Source of the DNA: Nitrososphaeraceae archaeon
GTDB taxonomy: Archaea; Thermoproteota; Nitrososphaeria; Nitrososphaerales; Nitrososphaeraceae
NCBI GenBank assembly: GCA_035706205.1
Contig: DASSVK010000054.1
Coordinates: 15,839-79,838 of the forward strand
Reading direction: 5' to 3'
Length of the DNA: 64,000 nt
A program made the translations under genes and the position numbers. Numbering within the stretch: position 1 is the first letter of the stretch; every line of letters starts with the position of its first letter. Below the pieces are notes generated by a model. It saw nothing but the letters and a program-made list of their open reading frames with translations. It searched no databases and was not told the DNA's origin. Positions 59,063 through 64,000 of the stretch are shown in pieces.

Positions 59063-59614
59063 TTGGATAAGACCGTAGCCATTGATTTAGACTCAGTTTT
59101 AGCAGATGTTTTGATAACTTGGATCAATGAATATAATAGATTAAAAAATGCCAATATAGCAAAAGAAGATATAATTGTATGGGATATTCATACTATTCTG
59201 CCAATAACTGAAGCTGAAAGTGAATCTTTATTTTCTTTCATATGGAAATATAGATGGAAAGATATTCCTACTACTCAAAAGGATATCGGAAAAATCATAG
59301 AAAGACTAAAATCAGAAAATTATAGAACATCAATAATAACAAAAAGAGAAAGAAAAACAATTCCTTATGTGTACAATTGGTTAGAAGCTAATGGTATTCA
59401 TTGTGATGAACTAATATGTGTTTTTGATTCTACTCCAAAGAGTATTTATCCATTTGACATTTTAATCGATGATGCACCTCAAAATATAATTGATATAAAA
59501 CTTCCAAAAAAAGGTATATTATTTAATCAACCATGGAATAAAAATTTTGATTGGCCTCTTCGAATAAATTTATTATCAGATATATTCCATATTACTTCCG
59601 AAATCTCTAAATAA
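59063..59614 (+). CDS. 5'(3')-deoxyribonucleotidase-like HAD hydrolase (NT5C family)
   Basis: IDLDSVLAD motif I, IITKR, LIDDAPQN motif IV, LFNQPWN. Confidence 0.85.
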   Translation: MDKTVAIDLDSVLADVLITWINEYNRLKNANIAKEDIIVWDIHTILPITEAESESLFSFIWKYRWKDIPTTQKDIGKIIERLKSENYRTSIITKRERKTIPYVYNWLEANGIHCDELICVFDSTPKSIYPFDILIDDAPQNIIDIKLPKKGILFNQPWNKNFDWPLRINLLSDIFHITSEISK

Positions 59615-59625
59615 ATTTAATAAAA

Positions 59626-59964
59626 TTAAATTTGATCTAATTCGATTAAAGCTCTATTAATTAATGATGATAATCCACTATATTGAGTTAAGATTTCGAT
59701 TGCATTATCAAAAGCATTATCTCCACGATATCCTTCATCGTATTTCATTATAATAGTTCCTTTATTTGTTTCAAGACTAATAATTAAAATACAATAATCA
59801 CCAAGTGTTGAATGTTTGGTTGTAATATATAATAATAATTCGAGTTTTTTTATAAAATGTACGGCATCATACATAACATTGGATAAAATTATAAATGATT
59901 TTTTAGGAGTTTTTTGCAATAAACTATAGATTTCTGAGTCTATTTTCATTATTTTATTATTCAT
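59626..59964 (-). CDS. Hypothetical protein, 112 aa
   Basis: ATG-start ORF overlapping the PurF-like stop by 8 nt; no motif recognised. Confidence 0.6.
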   Translation of the reverse strand: MNNKIMKIDSEIYSLLQKTPKKSFIILSNVMYDAVHFIKKLELLLYITTKHSTLGDYCILIISLETNKGTIIMKYDEGYRGDNAFDNAIEILTQYSGLSSLINRALIELDQI

Positions 59965-61330
59965 AGTCTAAAAATCTTATCCATTCTGGAAACCATAAAT
60001 TACTCTCTGAAATACCTATCCCTTTAGCCAGTAAAAATGGAGAATTATAGAATATTTTTTCGCATCTGAGTTCATAAGCAATATGATCATTAAGTTGATC
60101 TATTGAAGTAACTTTTCCTATATATTTATTGGCAATAAAATCCCTATTAGAAGTATATAATCCTACTTGTTTTCCATCAATTGTCGGAACATAACAAACT
60201 ATTATATCTATTTTTTTTACTCCATTTTTATTCAGATAATGAATTGTTTCTTTTGCTGTACTGCCTGTTTGAATAGTTCCTTGAACAGAAGCTACTTTTT
60301 TATTTTTGGTTATATCTTCTACTATAAATTTAAGTGACTTTCCAGTAGTAAGTAACTTATTTTTGCTTTCTTCCTCTGAAAAATCTATCATATGATCTGA
60401 ATCGTCGTATCTATCTTTGATTACTCCTTCTGAAATTTCAAAATTGGAAAATGTTTTTTGCAATTCTAGTCCCATTCCAAGAGCCATGGGACGAGTATAA
60501 TCTGGTTCTGCATAAACTGTATCAAGATCAATATATTTTGATAGATAGTTGGCTTGAACTTTTCCGATGTTCCTTCTGATTGTATATATACTTTTGCCGT
60601 TAAAAGTAGTAGTTACATGGGATTCTCTAATAAACTCAAATGGATCCATTATCATTTTATGATTGTTTAGAATTGTTAATTCTTGTATATGATTTTTGTT
60701 TGAAATTTTAAGCAATTGTCCCATTTTTACATCTGAATATTTGATATCAGAAAATGAAACTTGTAAAGAATTCTCTGATGAAAAAATTACCAAGTTTTTA
60801 TGTGATGCCATTATCAATGGTTTAAAACCAGTACTATTTCGATATACAAAAATTGAATCATTTACTTTTAGAATAAGATTTCCAAGCAGATGTTTATCTA
60901 AAAATTCAGCTGCTCTGCTATAATCTTTTCTCTCACTCAATAACTTAAAAAATATTGTATAAATTTGAGACAACGGATCTGCATCTTTTGCTGATCCTAT
61001 GTAAGGATGGACATATAGCTTTTCAGTATCAACAAGAAAACCATCTAATGCAATTTTGAGATAATTCATGCTAGGATATATTGGAGCTCGTTTAGAAAGA
61101 TAACCAATAGCATTTAAACCAACTAAATTCTTTTTTTTTATCAACCTCGATAAAATATGGTCTGATGGAAGAAAGCCTTTGCTTTCTAAAACTTTTTCTC
61201 CAACAATCATCTTCCAATATGCCTTTCCTCTGTGTTGAAGCATCCGCATTGCGCTTACAAGGTAAAATAGGATCTCGTCACAAGATTCTCTCTTAACATC
61301 AAAATTATAAATTGCTACTATTCCTGCCAA
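59957..61330 (-). CDS. Amidophosphoribosyltransferase (PurF) paralogue lacking catalytic residues
   Basis: PurF scaffold (xGIVAI, LQHRG, RN.TGFKPL, SSE, PFEF, IRRNIG, KDRY), but Cys1 is Ala, the DD of the PRPP loop is lost and the Fe-S cysteines are lost. Confidence 0.8.
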   Translation of the reverse strand: MAGIVAIYNFDVKRESCDEILFYLVSAMRMLQHRGKAYWKMIVGEKVLESKGFLPSDHILSRLIKKKNLVGLNAIGYLSKRAPIYPSMNYLKIALDGFLVDTEKLYVHPYIGSAKDADPLSQIYTIFFKLLSERKDYSRAAEFLDKHLLGNLILKVNDSIFVYRNSTGFKPLIMASHKNLVIFSSENSLQVSFSDIKYSDVKMGQLLKISNKNHIQELTILNNHKMIMDPFEFIRESHVTTTFNGKSIYTIRRNIGKVQANYLSKYIDLDTVYAEPDYTRPMALGMGLELQKTFSNFEISEGVIKDRYDDSDHMIDFSEEESKNKLLTTGKSLKFIVEDITKNKKVASVQGTIQTGSTAKETIHYLNKNGVKKIDIIVCYVPTIDGKQVGLYTSNRDFIANKYIGKVTSIDQLNDHIAYELRCEKIFYNSPFLLAKGIGISESNLWFPEWIRFLDYE

Positions 61331-61567
61331 GATCCTTTTACTTGATTAAAGTGTCATTGTGAATATATAAAACTTGTAGAATAAAAGAAAAGAAGATGGT
61401 ATTTGTACTATTACTTAAATTTGAGCAAATTTATAACTAAATTGTATAATATTATACTTCCATCAAGGTAATATAATATAAATAACATCTTTTACAATTG
61501 TTATAGAATTATAACAAGCAATAGAAAAATAAAAAATACTGCTAATATTAATAGAAATGATTCAATT

Positions 61568-62767
61568 ATGATAATAGGAATTATCGGTAAAGCTAATGTT
61601 GGTAAATCTACTTTTTTTAATGCTGCGACTGATCAAGCCGTCCCATCAGCTAATTATCCTTTTACTACTATTCAACCAAATATTGGAATAAGTTTTGTGA
61701 GAGAGAAATGTGTATGTAGAGAATTTGGAATAAAAGATAATCCAATTCATTCATTATGTATAGATGGAAACAGATTTGTACCTATAAAATTAATAGATAT
61801 TGCAGGGCTAGTACCTGGAGCTCATTTAGGAAAGGGATTAGGAAATAAATTTCTGGATGAGGCAAGACAAGCAGATGCATTAATTCATGTTGTTGATGCC
61901 TCAGGTTCAACTGACCCAGAGGGAAAAGTAGTAGAAAAAGCACATGGCAATCCCCTTTTTGATATTAAATTTGTTGAGGAAGAATTCGATCAATGGATTC
62001 TTTCAATTATCAATAGAGATTGGAATAAAATTACAAGAGACATGGCAAATCAAAAATTAAAAATTGAGCAATTATTAACAAAGAGGCTTTCAGGATTATC
62101 TGTAACAATTGATACTATTTCAAATTCATTATCAAAAGTTGGTCTAACCAATAAAAATCCTGAAAATTGGACACAAGAAGAATTATTAGAGTTGGTAAAA
62201 TTAATAAGAAATTCAAAACCTTTACTAATACTGGCTAACAAGGCAGATATTTCTTCTTCCAAAGAAAATATAGAAAAAATAAAACAAATGAATACAATAG
62301 TAATTCCTTGTGCATCAGAGGCAGAATTGGTTCTTAGAAAAGGAGCAAAAAAGGGTTTATGGTATTATCTTCCAGGAGACAGTAATTTTGAAATAAAGGA
62401 TAAAGATGCATTGAATGAGCAACAAAAAAAAGCATTATTGATAATACAATCTGTACTTGATGACTATGGATCTACAGGAGTTCAGGAAGCAATAAATACA
62501 GTATGTTTTAAATTACTTAAATTAATTATAGTTTTTCCTGTTGAAGATGAAATAAAATTATCGGATAAAAAAGGAAATATTCTGCCTAATGCGATTTTAT
62601 TACCAAAGGGAGCTACAGCAAAGGATTTAGCTGCAAATATTCATCAAGATTTAGCTAAAGGATTTATGTTTGCTATAGATATAAGAAATAAACAAAGAAT
62701 TGGAGCTGAATATGAATTGAAACATAATGATATAATAAAAATAGTTTCTGCTACTAGCAGAAGATAA
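61568..62767 (+). CDS. ychF: YchF/OLA1-related Obg-family NTPase with TGS domain
   Basis: GKANVGKST, YPFTT, DIAGL, NKAD, C-terminal TGS (AANIHQDL). Confidence 0.92.
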   Translation: MIIGIIGKANVGKSTFFNAATDQAVPSANYPFTTIQPNIGISFVREKCVCREFGIKDNPIHSLCIDGNRFVPIKLIDIAGLVPGAHLGKGLGNKFLDEARQADALIHVVDASGSTDPEGKVVEKAHGNPLFDIKFVEEEFDQWILSIINRDWNKITRDMANQKLKIEQLLTKRLSGLSVTIDTISNSLSKVGLTNKNPENWTQEELLELVKLIRNSKPLLILANKADISSSKENIEKIKQMNTIVIPCASEAELVLRKGAKKGLWYYLPGDSNFEIKDKDALNEQQKKALLIIQSVLDDYGSTGVQEAINTVCFKLLKLIIVFPVEDEIKLSDKKGNILPNAILLPKGATAKDLAANIHQDLAKGFMFAIDIRNKQRIGAEYELKHNDIIKIVSATSRR

Positions 62768-62769
62768 TT

Positions 62770-63804
62770 ATGAAAGAGTCCAAAGAAAAGGATAATAATA
62801 TATATTGCCTTGGAATTGAAAGTACCGCTCACACTTTTGGCTGTTCCATAATTCAATTTGATTCTATTAAAAAAAAAGGAGATATATTGTCTGAAATCAG
62901 AAGCATATATAAGGCTCCAACTGGTGCTGGCATACATCCTAGAGAAGCATCTAGGCATCATTTAGATAAAGCTCCAAACCTTCTCACAGATGTATTAAAA
63001 AAAGCTAATATAAAACCTAAAGAAATAGACTTAATCGCATATTCTGCTGGCCCTGGTTTAGGTCCATGTCTTAGAGTAGGCGCAGTAATTGCAAGGGCTC
63101 TTTCATCATTTTACGATATACCATTAATACCTGTTAATCATGCGTTAGGTCATATCGAACTAGGTATGATGCTTACACAAAGTATAGATCCTCTAGTCTT
63201 ATTAGTATCGGGAGGCCACACCATGATATTAGCATTTTCAAATAAAAGATGGCGAGTATTTGGAGAAACGTTGGATATTACTATTGGACAATTATTAGAT
63301 CAATTTGGAAGATACATTGGACTTGCCTCTCCTTGTGGAAATAAAATTGAAGAATATGCTAATCAATCTTCAAAACAATACTTTCAGTTACCATATATTG
63401 TCAAAGGTAATGATGTTTCTTTTTCTGGTATATTAACAGCTGCAAAAAAGTTGATAGATAATGGATATAATAAATTTGATATCTGCTTTTCCCTTCAAGA
63501 AACGGCATTTGCAATGTTAACAGAAGTTATAGAAAGAGCATTATCATTTACAGAGAAAAAAGAAGTTTTGATAGTAGGAGGAGTCTCTGCAAATAATCGT
63601 CTTTCCAGTATGTTAAAAATAGCTTCAATAAGACAAAATGCAAAATTGTATACTTGTCCATTTCATTATTCTGGTGATAATGGTGCTCAAATAGCATGGA
63701 CAGGAATCTGCGATAATGTTTCTTCTGGTAAAACAATCAAAGTTCAAGATTCATTTGTAATGCAGTCATGGAGAATAGACAAAGTAGAAGTACAATGGAG
63801 ATAA
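62770..63804 (+). CDS. kae1: tRNA N6-adenosine threonylcarbamoyltransferase Kae1 (KEOPS), not fused to Bud32
   Basis: GIESTAHT, GIHPRE..RHH, GPGLGPCL, VNHALGHIE, SGGHT, GETLDI.IG, GGVSAN, DNGAQIA, Q.WRID.V. Confidence 0.96.
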   Translation: MKESKEKDNNIYCLGIESTAHTFGCSIIQFDSIKKKGDILSEIRSIYKAPTGAGIHPREASRHHLDKAPNLLTDVLKKANIKPKEIDLIAYSAGPGLGPCLRVGAVIARALSSFYDIPLIPVNHALGHIELGMMLTQSIDPLVLLVSGGHTMILAFSNKRWRVFGETLDITIGQLLDQFGRYIGLASPCGNKIEEYANQSSKQYFQLPYIVKGNDVSFSGILTAAKKLIDNGYNKFDICFSLQETAFAMLTEVIERALSFTEKKEVLIVGGVSANNRLSSMLKIASIRQNAKLYTCPFHYSGDNGAQIAWTGICDNVSSGKTIKVQDSFVMQSWRIDKVEVQWR

Positions 63805-63844
63805 AATAATTATTATTATTATATTATCACCATATCTAAAAAAT

Positions 63845-64000
63845 TTATTTAATATTGGATTTTGATTTTTCTATCTCTTTCGCCCATTTAGAATTATTTA
63901 AGACACCAAATTTGTAAGTATCACCAGATATTGTTATAATTACTACCTTTTTTAATAGAAATCCTTCTGTTTTAGATTCTTTAATTTCATTTAAAGGAAT
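63845..64000 (-). CDS. 3' end of a PH-like/GRAM-like domain protein; runs off the window end
   Basis: Open frame ...IPLNEIKESKTEGFLLKKVVIITISGDTYKFGVLNNSKWAKEIEKSKSNIK*; beta-strand pattern followed by a W-containing terminal helix. Confidence 0.5.
   Translation of the reverse strand: MPLNEIKESKTEGFLLKKVVIITISGDTYKFGVLNNSKWAKEIEKSKSNIK

Noticed and set aside
59957-61330. Annotation as canonical purF
   Set aside because: Cys1, the PRPP-loop aspartates and the Fe-S cysteines are missing.
838-62961. About 30 short antisense or overlapping ORFs in the track (e.g. 838-1053, 2317-2691, 4212-4490, 14736-15026, 21261-21620, 36200-36631, 47049-47288, 62644-62961)
   Set aside because: They lie within or opposite well-supported conserved genes, have Ser/Ile/Phe-rich shadow composition and show no motifs.
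1-64000. rRNA, CRISPR array, inteins, amo genes
   Set aside because: No long GC-rich structured RNA, no regularly spaced repeats, and no intein-sized insertions in nrdJ, rpoA, rpoB or rfcL. No amo ORFs in this window.

Overview
This is an AT-rich archaeal chromosomal window, almost certainly from an ammonia-oxidising thaumarchaeote (Nitrososphaerota). The assignment rests on unsplit RpoA/RpoB, the acetyl/propionyl-CoA carboxylase trio and thiolase of the 3HP/4HB cycle, archaeal AroA'/AroB', class I LysRS, a CdvB/ESCRT-III paralogue, and no eL34/eL14 in the secY-cbf5 block. Content is mostly core genes: shikimate cluster (with an inserted solitary DNA methyltransferase), nadE, purM, lysS, tRNA-modification genes (elp3, sua5, THUMP, cbf5, taw1, kae1), pyrB, class II RNR, part of the spc operon, mdh-larB / larC-larE-iscS, rfcL, rpoH-B-A-eL30-nusA-uS12-uS7, ychF, and two intron-containing tRNAs (Ser-GGA, His-GUG). 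A gene-poor, very AT-rich 3 kb stretch (23.5-26.5 kb) carries several unannotated micro-ORFs. The strongest leads are: (1) a wHTH + ATP-cone + glycyl-radical-less NrdD-like protein next to nrdJ, with a candidate palindromic operator; (2) a 379-aa 'hypothetical' that carries the motif skeleton of an isoprenoid-synthase fold; (3) a full-length PurF paralogue lacking the catalytic and Fe-S residues I can align; (4) a nickel-pincer (larBCE) locus coupled to mdh and a cysteine desulfurase, with no larA in view. I saw no rRNA, CRISPR array, transposase, integrase or intein. All family calls come from motif recognition by eye; no searches were run.
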